DNA of 64,000 nt, taken from Macrostomum hystrix (Eukaryota; Animalia; Platyhelminthes). Location: assembly GCA_950097015.1 (NCBI GenBank), contig CATNEN010000025.1:5642001-5706000 (forward strand). Direction: 5' to 3'. Both the position numbers and the translations under genes were made by a program. Position 1 is the first letter of the stretch. Each line of letters begins with the position of its first letter. A model generated the notes under the pieces. It was given only the letters and a program-made list of their open reading frames with translations. It made no database searches and was not told the origin of the DNA. Shown piece by piece: positions 1-10,399 of this stretch.

Positions 1-609
1 GCCCGCGTGTCGGAGGTTTCGGTGCCGCTGCACAAGCAGGTGGACGCGTTCTACCTGCCCTACCTGCTGCACGGCTTCCGGGCCACCTACCTGACTGACG
101 GAGCCCTGCCAGTTGATGACGCCTACGTCAATCCCGACGCTGTCGATGCCATGTTCAAAGGCCGTCGCACCTTCGCGGCCGACAATCAGCACATTGTGAA
201 GGTTGTGATGCTGATGTCCGAGTTTCTAGCCAACGGCTACGGCCTCAAACAGTTCAGCCAGGCCGCCGCGTGGATACGGGAACTGCGGCGTTGCTATGAC
301 AACGCACTGACCGGCGTCGACGGTGTGGACTTCCTGCTGATGCCGACACTGCCAATGCGTCCGCCGCTTTTAATCGACCAATCGGTCAGCGTGACGGAGG
401 TCTTTCATCACGGGCTCGGCATGATCGCCAACACCGCCGCCTTCAACGCCACCGGCCATCCGGCCATCACCATCAACTGTGGCCGGACCGGAGGCCAATA
501 TCGACTGCCGATCGGCGCCATGCTGGTCGGACGACACTTTGAGGATGCCAAACTGTTGGATGCGGCATTCGGCGTCGAGCAACTGTGCGGTAGTTTTAAC
601 AGCGCCTAA
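1..609 (+). CDS. Amidase-signature family protein, C-terminal part (gene begins upstream of window)
   Basis: Open GC-rich frame to TAA at 607-609. DFLLMPTLP, NTAAFNATGHPAITINCG and LPIGAMLVGRHFEDAKLLDAA are typical C-terminal amidase-signature motifs. The catalytic Ser/Lys region lies outside the window. Confidence 0.85.
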   Translation, partial: ARVSEVSVPLHKQVDAFYLPYLLHGFRATYLTDGALPVDDAYVNPDAVDAMFKGRRTFAADNQHIVKVVMLMSEFLANGYGLKQFSQAAAWIRELRRCYDNALTGVDGVDFLLMPTLPMRPPLLIDQSVSVTEVFHHGLGMIANTAAFNATGHPAITINCGRTGGQYRLPIGAMLVGRHFEDAKLLDAAFGVEQLCGSFNSA

Positions 610-1189
610 TCGCATCGATTTGGAACCATTCAGTGATAACAATTAGATACTAAGTTAACGCTTTATTACTCGAAATTTTCCATCGATTGCTAACTTTACT
701 ATTAGTTTATTTTTCAGTATTTTTGCTTTTTTAACCAACCGTTGCTTAACCAACGAGTTCTAATCAGGCAGTTTTTCGATTCGATAAATAAACTATACAA
801 TCTTTTCTTATTGATGATCTCTTAGCAGAGTTAAATGGCCTAGTTTATCTCTCACTTTCGTAAACGCAGTACAGAATTTTCTTTGATGCGCATTCCACCA
901 GTTTTCCGTGTCACCGTCAATCATTTGATGACAGCTGATGTCGCATGGGTCCAACTGTGACCTATGTTTGTTAGCTTCAACCGAATGAATAGGCCAGTCT
1001 GAAAAGTAGTTTAAGGAATCTTTGAGCCGAACTATTCGACCGAATTGTAATGCCGGCCTGGATTTTTTTGGTGTTTAACCTTCAGCATGCGCACTGCAGA
1101 TAAGAAATTAATCGTATTCAGTTTGTTGGTTCTGAGAAAAAAATAAACTGACAAAAATCGGCCCCAAACCGAAGCATTTCTTTAGAAAC

Positions 1190-2701
1190 ATGAAAGAGAA
1201 CACCGCCGTAGAAGCGACTTCGACGCAGCTTCGCGATGATTCATTTACGAGATTCCACGGATTGACCTGCCTGACCGGCTTCCTGTTGCTGGTGTTTGGC
1301 TCGCTAATCATACTGAGCGGAATGTTCCTGAATGTGCGACCATTCAACTGCACTGCGGCTGCTGGAGAGCCGAACAATACGGACTCTGAGCCTGAGCTTG
1401 CCTGGTCCGAGTACCAGGGCTTCCGCTCCTCGCTAAGCCTGCAGTACCGACTCTGCTGGCAGGCCACAGGAGACCTCACTAATGTCGCCTTCCTGATTGG
1501 CACCATCGTCGGCTCGCTGCTGGCCGGCCCGACCTCGGACACCGTCGGCCGCAAGCCCTGCATCCTGGCTGGCCTGATGTCCACCGCCCTGGCCAGCCTG
1601 CTTAGCAACTACGCGCCCAGCCTGGAGCTGCACCTGGCCAGCCGGGCACTGGCCGGCTTCTGCCTGATGTTCGCCCAGTGCGCAGTCCAGGTCTACGGCA
1701 GCGAGGTGCACAGCCCGCGCCACCGAAGTCGCTTCCTGGCCGCCTGGAGCTCCGGTGTCTCAGCTGGCACCCTGGCCTCCGGCGTGCTGGCCCACCTGAC
1801 CAGGGATCACCAGCTCTACGTGCTGCTCGCCTGCTGCCTGCCAGTCGGCCCGCTGCTCATGGCGCTCTGCCTGCCGGAAAGTCCGGCCTGGCTCGACGCT
1901 CGGGGCCGTCCGGCCGACGCCGAAGCCGCCAGGCGACGCATCGAAGTCATCAACGGCCGCGGCTCCAGTCAGCCGCCTCCACCGGCATCGTCGCCGTTCA
2001 GAATTGGCGGCTGCGGCCCGGGGTGGAACCGTCGACTGGCCCGCCTGGCCTGCCTGCTGGGCCTGCACGGCCTCTTCGTCGGCCTGAACTGCTACGGCTT
2101 CTACTTTGTCATGGGCGGCGTCATACCGGACGTCTGTCTCTACGCCGTGCTGATGGGCGCCACCCAACTGCCGAACTTCTTCCTGCTCAACCTGGTACCG
2201 CGCAGAGCGGGCCTCCTAGCCTGCAGTCTCCTGTCCGGCCTCCTTAGTCTGAGCTTCGGCGCCGCTGTTCAATTCAAACCGTCGGATGCCGGCAACGGCA
2301 GCTACGGAATTCTGCTAGCCGTCTTCGGCGCCTCCGGCTGCTTCTGCTCCGTTTCGGCGTTCAACCTGTTGGTGTCGGCCAGCGCCGAGTATTTCCCAGT
2401 AGGCATCCGCAACACCAGCCTCGGCCTGTGCACCCTCTGCCTGCGATGCGGCTCCGCCCTGGCGCCGCTGGTCAACTTTCTGCCCGATGTGCCGATGCGC
2501 TCCTTGGCGCTGGGCTGTCCTCTGCTGCTCACCTGCCTGCCGCTGGGGCTGGGGCTGGGCTTCTGCGGCCGCGCCTACGGCTGTCAGATTCGCTACAGCC
2601 AGGCCGAAGCTTCGGATGACCAACTAGAGACTGACCCGACGACCGGAAAACTAATGATTCCAATTGGCGCTAGTCAGATCGAGGTCGATATTAAGCCTTG
2701 A
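1190..2701 (+). CDS. SLC22/organic cation transporter-like MFS transporter, paralogue 1 (single coding exon, 503 aa)
   Basis: MFS motifs GSLLAGPTSDTVGRKP, LPESPAWL, SAEYFPVGIRNTSLGLC and multiple hydrophobic segments. A 3' splice-site-like tttctttag lies 4 nt before the ATG. Confidence 0.9.
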   Translation: MKENTAVEATSTQLRDDSFTRFHGLTCLTGFLLLVFGSLIILSGMFLNVRPFNCTAAAGEPNNTDSEPELAWSEYQGFRSSLSLQYRLCWQATGDLTNVAFLIGTIVGSLLAGPTSDTVGRKPCILAGLMSTALASLLSNYAPSLELHLASRALAGFCLMFAQCAVQVYGSEVHSPRHRSRFLAAWSSGVSAGTLASGVLAHLTRDHQLYVLLACCLPVGPLLMALCLPESPAWLDARGRPADAEAARRRIEVINGRGSSQPPPPASSPFRIGGCGPGWNRRLARLACLLGLHGLFVGLNCYGFYFVMGGVIPDVCLYAVLMGATQLPNFFLLNLVPRRAGLLACSLLSGLLSLSFGAAVQFKPSDAGNGSYGILLAVFGASGCFCSVSAFNLLVSASAEYFPVGIRNTSLGLCTLCLRCGSALAPLVNFLPDVPMRSLALGCPLLLTCLPLGLGLGFCGRAYGCQIRYSQAEASDDQLETDPTTGKLMIPIGASQIEVDIKP

Positions 2702-2834
2702 CACCAAGGCCCTCTAAGTCGCTTTGTTGCTTAATGTTTTCTGTTCTCTGAGTTCGATCAGCTGATAGACTCTTTATTGGCGAGGTTTTTCATCTAATTT
2801 TGAAGGCTTTGGTAAACTACTTGACCATTTAGTT

Positions 2835-3530
2835 GCTGGCTGGCTGGTTGGTTGTTCGACCATCTGGTTGGTTGTTAAACAATCTGGTTGGTTGTTAAAC
2901 CATCTGGTTGGTTGTTCGACCATCTGATTGGTTGTTAAATCATCTGGTTGGTTGTTCGACCATCTGGTTGGTTGTTAAACCATCTGGTTGGTTGTTCGAC
3001 CATCTGGTTGGTTGTTAAACCATCTGGTTGGTTGTTCGACCATCTGGTTGGTTGTTAAACCATCTGGTTGGTTGTTCGACCCTCTGGTTGGTTGTTAAAC
3101 CATCTGGTTGGTTGTTAAACCATCTGGTAGGTTGTTAAACCATCTGGTTGGTTGTTCGACCATCTGGTTGGTTGTTAAACCATCTGGTTGGTTGTTAAAT
3201 TATCTGGTTGGTTGTTAAACCATCTGGTTGGTTGTTAAACCATCTGGTTGGTTGTTCGACCATCTGATTGGTTGTTAAACCATCTGGTTGGTTGTTAAAC
3301 CATCTGGTTGGTTGTTAAACCATCTGGTTGGTTGTTAAACCATCTGGTTGGTTATTAAACCATCTGGTTGGTTGTTAAACCATCTGGTTGGTTGTTAAAC
3401 CATCTGGTTGGTTGTTAAACCATCTGGTTGGTTATTAAACCATCTGGTTGGTTGTTAAATCATCTGGTTGGTTGTTAAACCATCTGGTTGGTTGTTAAAC
3501 CATCTGGTTGGTTATTAAACCATCTGATTG
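2835..3530. repeat. Minisatellite, 20-bp unit catctggttggttgttaaac (~35 copies)
   Basis: Direct tandem periodicity with aaac/cgac variants; begins about 130 nt after the transporter stop codon. Confidence 0.97.
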
Positions 3531-4429
3531 AGTTTTCTACTATTTTTCTACCCATCCGGATTGCTTAGTCGACTAATTAGCTACTATGCTCATGGTTGGC
3601 TGGCTTTAACATTATCTTTCGATGGTGTTATCATGTTTTTGTCTTTGCTAAACTATTTAGTTGCTTCTCTCTTGACTCAAATACTTTAAAACTTCGACAA
3701 ATAAAAAAATATATCATTTTCAATTGTATTTTCTCAGAGCTCACATTTTATAACAACAGGGTAAAGAACAAAGTTTGTCCTATTTTTAACCTCTCATTTA
3801 CCCTATTCTCAAACTCTCAGCATTGTGTCTTCCATTTCTGGCTCTTCTTTTTCATCCTCCTGAGTCTAATCTTTCTCACCCTCGTTCGTTCATTTAGCTC
3901 GTATTATTATCTCATCCGACTGTCACCTCTTCTAGCTAACAGCATTTTTTCTAGCCTCTGTTGTTAAAACACGATTTGCACTTTTCTTTGTCGCGGTGTT
4001 CCTGTCCACACCGAATATTGTGTCAGCAGAAAATCGTTGTGATTTTTGTTCATTTACACCAGAAAAAATAGGTTTAGCCAAGTTCCCAGGATAAACAATG
4101 ACTGTGCAAAAAAGGCCTGACCTTTTTACTGCCCCTAGCAACACGGCCATCAGCTGTCGCACCAGATTCAGCTAGTGGCTGCTGCTGTATCAAAATGAAT
4201 GATACTCGTATTTACACAAAACTAGACCTAATAAAGCCTACCAATATTTACTTTTGGCCTGTTCCCTTCATCTTCTCTGTTTGAATACCAATGGCTTTTA
4301 ATATTCCTTTCTGTTGCAATCCATTGCCCTATTTGTTGACATTGTAAAGTAGGTCGCGTGCTTGAAAAAAACTGTACTTCTCGGAGTTTTTAAACCGTCT
4401 GTAAAACTGAGTCTTTTCGCCCCTTTCTG

Positions 4430-4830
4430 GGTCATAGAGAATTGTTCTTCTGTTTTTGGGTCATATAGGATTGTTCTTCTCATTCTGGGTCATAGATCAT
4501 TGTTCTTCTGTTTTTGGGTCATATAGGATTGTTCTTCTCATTCTGGGTTATATAGGATTGTTCTTCTCATTCTGGGTCATATAGGATTGTTCTTCTCATT
4601 CTGGGTCATATAGGATTGTTCTTCTCATTCTGGGTCATATAGGATTGTTCTTCTCATTCTGGGTCATAGAGGATTATTCTTCTCATACTGGGTCATAGAG
4701 GATTGTTCTTCTCATTCTGGGTCATATAGGATTGTTCTTCTCATTCTGGGTCATAGAGGATTATTCTTCTCATACTGGGTCATAGAGGATTGTTCTTCTC
4801 ATTCCAGGTCATAGAGGATTATTCTTTTTA
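4430..4830. repeat. Minisatellite, 29-bp unit ggattgttcttctcattctgggtcatata
   Basis: Direct tandem periodicity. Confidence 0.95.
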
Positions 4831-5690
4831 TCTACTTCTTCGGCCAATTCAGTCTTTGGAGAAGTGTACTCTAAGCAGATTATTTTGTGCAATTTGCACT
4901 GGTCATCTTAGATGAGGTTGTTTCTGTCAAAGAGAGATGCAATTGGACCATAATTATCTTCTGCCAACCAGCAACCCCAGGACTCCAGTTGAATGCTTGT
5001 CAGTTTTCTTACAAATTTACCATTCTTATCTCGTATGCCGCTCGCACAGCAGGCGATCTATCCGACTACTGCCCGACACAATTCCTTCTGCGGGCAACAT
5101 TTATTTCTTAGGAACCTCATTTTCGTAAAATTATTAAACTAGTTTGTCTAGTCCAACTACCGCCTCCCCTGTCTCCCCTATCTATCTATCTTCCCACCCA
5201 GCAACATCTGGACAATGGTTGTTGAATCAGAGGTCGGCGAAAGTGCTGGTAAGTTAAGGAAAAAGACTATTTTTGTTAAAGTTAGGAAATCACAGGAAAT
5301 CATAAATCCGACAGGTGCTTATCTCGCTGGTAAAAAGTCACAATTGTGTCAATTATATAGAATTACCTGCAGTCACGTTTAGTTAAATTTAGTATTTTCA
5401 CCTGATTCACATTCTGAGTGTACTTCTATATGCGTGAGGGAGTTTTACCGAGTGGTTTTTTCCACTGACATTTGCACGAGTTTTTTTAGCTAAGAAATTT
5501 GCAACTCGGCTAAATTAGTTCAGTAAAATTGATAAAGAACTTTTTATCAGCGAGTAGTCTCTACCGGATTTGTAGGTTTCTTGTAGTGACCATTAAGCAG
5601 CCCCTTAAGTTGTAAAGTTGGACATGCCTTGCCTGCAATGCCACTACATGTGTATAGGCTAAATGATGCCTGTGTCCTGGGAGCCACTGC

Positions 5691-7941
5691 ATGGAAACAG
5701 CAAGTAATAAAATTATTATAATCACGCAACACTTTTGAAGCCGATGAAGCCGAGGTTCTGCCGGAATTCAGCCGATTCCATGTCCTCATATGCGTCCTCG
5801 GCTTCCTAACAATGATCTACGCCACCCTCATCACCTTGAGCGGCATGTTTCTCAACCTGCTGCCGTACAGAGCAGCTAATAACAGCGCGAGCTTCGACAA
5901 CGCATCTTCCAGCATCTCCGGCTTTCACAGTTCCATCAGCCAACAGTACCGTCTGGATCGTCAGGAGACCGGCGATCTAACCAATGTCCTGTTCTTCTCC
6001 GGCACTATCGCCGGCTCCCTGCTGGGCGGCCCAGCCTCAGATGCGATTGGTCGGGTCAGGTGCGCTCTGATTGGCCAGACGCTTCTAGCCGTGTTCAGCT
6101 TGGCTAGCAACTACGCGCCCAGCTTCGCGCTGCACCTGATGGCCCGCTGCGCCGCCGGCTGCTGCCTGATGCCCGCCCAGTGCGCTGTGCAGGTCTACGG
6201 CTGCGAGCTGCACTCGTGAGCAACGCTGCTATTTGTTAGATTACTATTCGCAGTCAACTACTTACTAAAGTAGAAAGTATGGATTTATTACTTATTATTA
6301 TCTCGAATAAAAAACCCTCCCTATTGGTTTGGTCGTCGGACTCACGACTTGAAAGTCGGGGGTTCGATTCGCGACTCCACTTAAACAAATTGTGTCCTTT
6401 GGCGAGACATCTAACCCTGCATTGCTTCACTTCACCTAGCTGTTTAATGGGTACCAGCATCAGCTGGGGTAATCAAAGGTGGGTGTGGCGTCCCTCTTAA
6501 GTCCATGGACTGAACAGCCGTACACAGTCTTCAGATGCGCCGCGCAATAGCTGCGACTGTGCTGTCGGCTGCACATCTGGCTTGATTGGGGCTTGATTGG
6601 TGTAATTACCTGCATAAAGGCTTACGAATAATTTTGTCCAAGTTTAACCATCGAGTCCTTGACTAAATTGTCCATGTCTAAAAAAAAGCAAAAAAAGTTT
6701 TTCGTTGGCACACCATGTACTCGTACTTTATCTCAGCCGGCTCAGCCAATCAGAGCGCAGTAGTCTCACTGTAGGCTGTGGCTATAGAATCATTGTACGC
6801 TGGAATATGTACATCATACTTTGGGTGGGTGTATAGCACGCGGAAAGGATTCTTGGCTCCAGCCAATTAAAACGCGGCGAATTTTTCATGGTTAAACTTG
6901 ATGATTCAAAAATCAATCTTCGATTTCAGCAACGCCCGAAGGGGTCGTTTCATCGCCTCCTGGAGCACAGGCATCTCCGTTGGCACCCTGGCAGCCGGCT
7001 TGATAGGCTGGCTGACTCGCGACCACCAGCTCTACGTGCTGACCAGCTGCTTCACCGTCCTGCCCTCCCTCCTGTTGCTAGGCGCCTGCCTACCCGAGAG
7101 TCCCGTCTGGCTGGCCGCCCGCGGACGGACTAGCGACGCCCAGGTCGCTATGAGACGCGTCCGGTTAATCAACGATGCTCGACTGAAGTCTGGCCAGCTG
7201 ACAACCTTGATGCGAAATGAGCGCAAGGCCGACCAGATGGATCACGAAAATGTCTGCAGTTCAGATGTGAACCATGAGAAACCAACAGAGGGGGCGAAGG
7301 TTAGCAACGCCCTAGCAACGTGTCGCCGCGTCGCCTGCCTCCTATTTCGTCCAATGAGCGTCCTGGGCTTTCACGGCCTCTGCCTTGGTCTCAACTGCGT
7401 CGGCTTCTACTTTGTCCTCAGCCGAGTCATCCCCAATGTCTGCCTCTACGCCGTTGTACTCGGCGTCACCCAGCTGCCCTACGCCTTCGTTCTGAACCTG
7501 CTGCCACGACGACGCGGCCTTGTCGCCTGCGGCCTCCTCTCCGGCTGCGCCTGCCTCGGATTCGGCGCAGCGGCCCGATTTCTGCCCGCCCAGCCGCTCC
7601 TTCTGGCCAGCCTCGGTGTGGTCGGCTGCTTCTTCTCCTCTGCCGCCTACAGCCTCCTGGTTGCCATCAGCGCCGAATTCTTCCCAACTGAACTGCGCAG
7701 CACCGGCCTCGGCCTGTGCATCTTCAGCCTCCGCGCCGGCTCGGCCTTGGCCCCCCTAGTCGGCTTCCTGCCCGGTGGAGCTTCAGTTCAGTCGCTTGCG
7801 CTGGCCTGTCCGTTGTTAGTCAGCAACCTGGCCATCGGACTGGCCCTGGCGTCCAAGAGTCGCTCGGCTAAGCGGCAACGCTCGCAGATACAGTTTGAGA
7901 GGCCTGCGATTGCCAGCCTGCAGGAGTCAAATGGCCGATAG
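5691..7941 (+). CDS. SLC22-like MFS transporter, paralogue 2; model join(5691..5703?,5741..6215,6930..7941)
   Basis: Collinear with paralogue 1 (FSRFHVLICVLGFL vs FTRFHGLTCLTGFL; ETGDLTNVLF; AQCAVQVYGCELHS; LPESPVWL; SAEFFPTELRSTGLG). Phase-2 intron TC|gtgag...tttcag|C at 6216-6929. The start is uncertain: homology extends upstream of ATG 5812, and a 37-nt intron 5704-5740 would restore the frame from ATG 5691. Confidence 0.85.
6318..6615 (+). mobile_element. tRNA-headed SINE, family 1, copy 1 (in transporter-2 intron)
   Basis: B-box ggttcgattc, central ttgtgtcctttggcgagacatctaacc...cctagctgtttaatgggtacc, palindrome agtccatggact. Homologous to copies at ~35.3, 42.4 and 58.0 kb. Confidence 0.8.
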
Positions 7942-8329
7942 GTGAAAATTTAGTCGTGAAATTCGACTATATAGTAGCGAGTATAAAATCCTGTACCGAA
8001 TCCACTGTTTTCAATTCATGTACTCGTAACTTATCAATGTTGCGACATCGGAAATTTTAAATTCAGAATTACGTCGATCTTCAATGTCATCTTACCGATT
8101 TATTGATAAGATTGCACTTTTATCTTTCTAATTTCCTGATTAGATGTCACTTTCTTCTTTCTTCATCTTCTAGAAGCATATAATTTGAGAAAATTTCAGA
8201 AAATTTTAGTCAGTAACGCTTTCAACAAGCTTAAGTTCTGTAGGTGTACTTCGTTTCTGAATGCATCAGCTATCAATTTCACTTCGAGGCGCTTGACTTA
8301 TCTTTTTTAGATTTCACTCTTAAATCTCA

Positions 8330-8830
8330 CTGAAAATCAACCTCTAATCTCACTGAGAATCAACCTCTATTCTCACTGAGAATCAACCTCTAATCTCACT
8401 GAGAATCAACCTCTAATCTCACTGAGAATCAACCTCTATTCTCACTGAGAATCAACCTCTATTCTCACTGAGAATCAACCTCTAATCTCACTGAGAATCA
8501 ACCTCTAATCTCACTGAGAATCAACCTCTATTCTCACTGAGAATCAACCTCTAATCTCACTGAGAATCAACCTCTATTCTCACTGAGAATCAACCTCTAA
8601 TCTCAACGAGAATCAACCTCTATTCTCACTGAGAATCAACCTCTAATCTCACTGAGAATCAACCTCTAATCTCAACGAGAATCAACCTCTAATCTCACTG
8701 AGAATCAACCTCTAATCTCACTGAGAATCAACATCTAATCTCACTGAGAATCAACCTCTAATCTCAATGAGAATCCACCTCTAATCTCACTGAAAATCCC
8801 CCTCTGATCTCACTGAGAATCCACCCTGAG
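8330..8830. repeat. Minisatellite, 23-bp unit ctcactgagaatcaacctctaat
   Basis: Direct tandem periodicity. Confidence 0.96.
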
Positions 8831-9737
8831 TTTTGAGTAACAATGATTGAAGTATGCAAATATTTTTGAAGAGGCTAAAACATTTTTTCATATATTATCA
8901 ATTAAGCATGTTGTGGCTTTTACTCATCAATTCAAAGGATTATGAGCTGGCATTCACAGGAATATCTCGTAAACGTATTGACACGTTGAGCAAAAATTGT
9001 AAACAACAGTTATGTTTTGTTCTAGACTGACTTCAATTCAAGAGTAACAAGAAATTTAGAAAGTTTCTGAACGATTGGTTTTCCTGAAAGTGAATTAGAG
9101 ACTTGAAAGAATACTTAGAGATAAGATCAAAGTGCAAAACATGTTATACTAGTGCAGAAGAATGCAAAATAACAACAAGCAGGATTATCATTATCACAAT
9201 GAGTGAAACGGAAAACTTAGCAATCAAACATTTTTAATTAAACATAAATTTTATATCCACGTGATTATGCCATATTTTTAGAAGATCTTGAATAATTTCC
9301 TAATAAAAACATTTAATTAACAATTTAAAAAATCGCAAATATTTCAGATTCATTCGCATCGAATTCATTCCGAGAGGCGGATCCAGTTAAACAAATAAGT
9401 GCACTCTGCAGAAATGCGATTCAATGAAAACAAAAGTACTCGTATAGATAAAAAACCAAAGTCATTTGTTGCATGTGAAATTGTTAGAAGCCTGTGTAGC
9501 TTTCTAGAAACCCGGCCGTAGTTGCTGATTGTCGAATTTCAATTGCTGGAATATTGAAAGGTGTTCTGGTTTTTTTTAAATATACGAAAAATAATTTACG
9601 CAGAACAGTGCATGATCGACTGAAATTCATGATTATACGCCTTTGGTTCACACAAGCCAAACTCTGACTGTGCCCAAAATCTTGCCCAATGCCCAATGCC
9701 CAGTGACAATGCCCACCTAATTCCTCAAAGACACCTA

Positions 9738-10040
9738 CGGGGCTCGGTGGCAGAGCGGTTTGCCTCTCGCACCGAGGTCCCTAAGTTCGATTCCACAGCG
9801 AGGCCACATTCATTTAAGGGCGCGGCCGCGGAGAGAAGGCTTGGGGGCTTGTCGTGCAATTTACGCTTTTGAGGGCCAACCTCCAAGGTACAGTGAGAGT
9901 GTACACTGCCTGACGATAAGAAAGTCAGGGCAGATGTACACACCTGTGTGAGCGTGTGCTTGCGTACAGTATTTGTGTGCGTGTGTGCTCAGGAGTCAGC
10001 GAAATGGGCAGAATTGCCTCCTCGCTGGCTGCTGGTCTAG
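9738..10040 (+). mobile_element. tRNA-headed SINE-like element, family 2
   Basis: A-box tggcagagcgg and B-box gttcgattcc. Body ctgcctgacgataagaaagtcagggcagat...gtgtgcgtgtgtgctcaggagtcag is shared with 33838-33965. Confidence 0.65.
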
Positions 10041-10129
10041 TGTCACCAAATGATGTGCCATTGCCCGCAGCCCTCCTGCAATTATTATTATTTTGTTATT
10101 CGAAGACACCACCTCTAAATACACCCACC

Positions 10130-10290
10130 CCACGCCTCGACAAAGCCCACCTCACTCCCCGAAGACACCCACCTCACTCCCTAAGACACCCACCTCACTC
10201 CCTAAAGACACCAATCTCACTCACCAAAGACACCCACCTCACTCCCCAAAGACACCCACCTCACTCCCCGAAGACACCCACCCCACGCTG
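10130..10290. repeat. Degenerate 22-bp minisatellite acccacctcactccccgaagac
   Basis: Tandem periodicity about 110 nt beyond the MYRF stop codon. Confidence 0.85.
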
Positions 10291-10399
10291 GGACAACACC
10301 AACCTAATGCCTCGACTCTACCTCCGCAAGCCATGGCCTTCCTAATAACTACATTACTTACTTGCATATCCAAATCCTTAGCTAATTTGGAGATGTAAA

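Noticed and set aside
1108-2623. Antisense and alternative-frame ORFs over GC-rich exons (for example 1108-1608, 1678-2247, 10548-11414, 53161-53610)
   Set aside because: Expected by-products of GC-rich codon usage; the recognisable family motifs are in the annotated frames.
2835-3530. CRISPR-like appearance of regular 20-45 bp repeats (here and elsewhere)
   Set aside because: Units are head-to-tail without unique spacers, there are no cas genes, and the context is eukaryotic.
3596-4162. ORFs 3596-3967 and 3932-4162
   Set aside because: AT-rich, with no coding-like composition, splice context or motifs.
8930-9035. Short open frame SKDYELAFTGISRKRIDTLSKNCKQQ in AT-rich DNA, possibly a transposase relic
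   Set aside because: Too short, with no recognisable motif or element ends.
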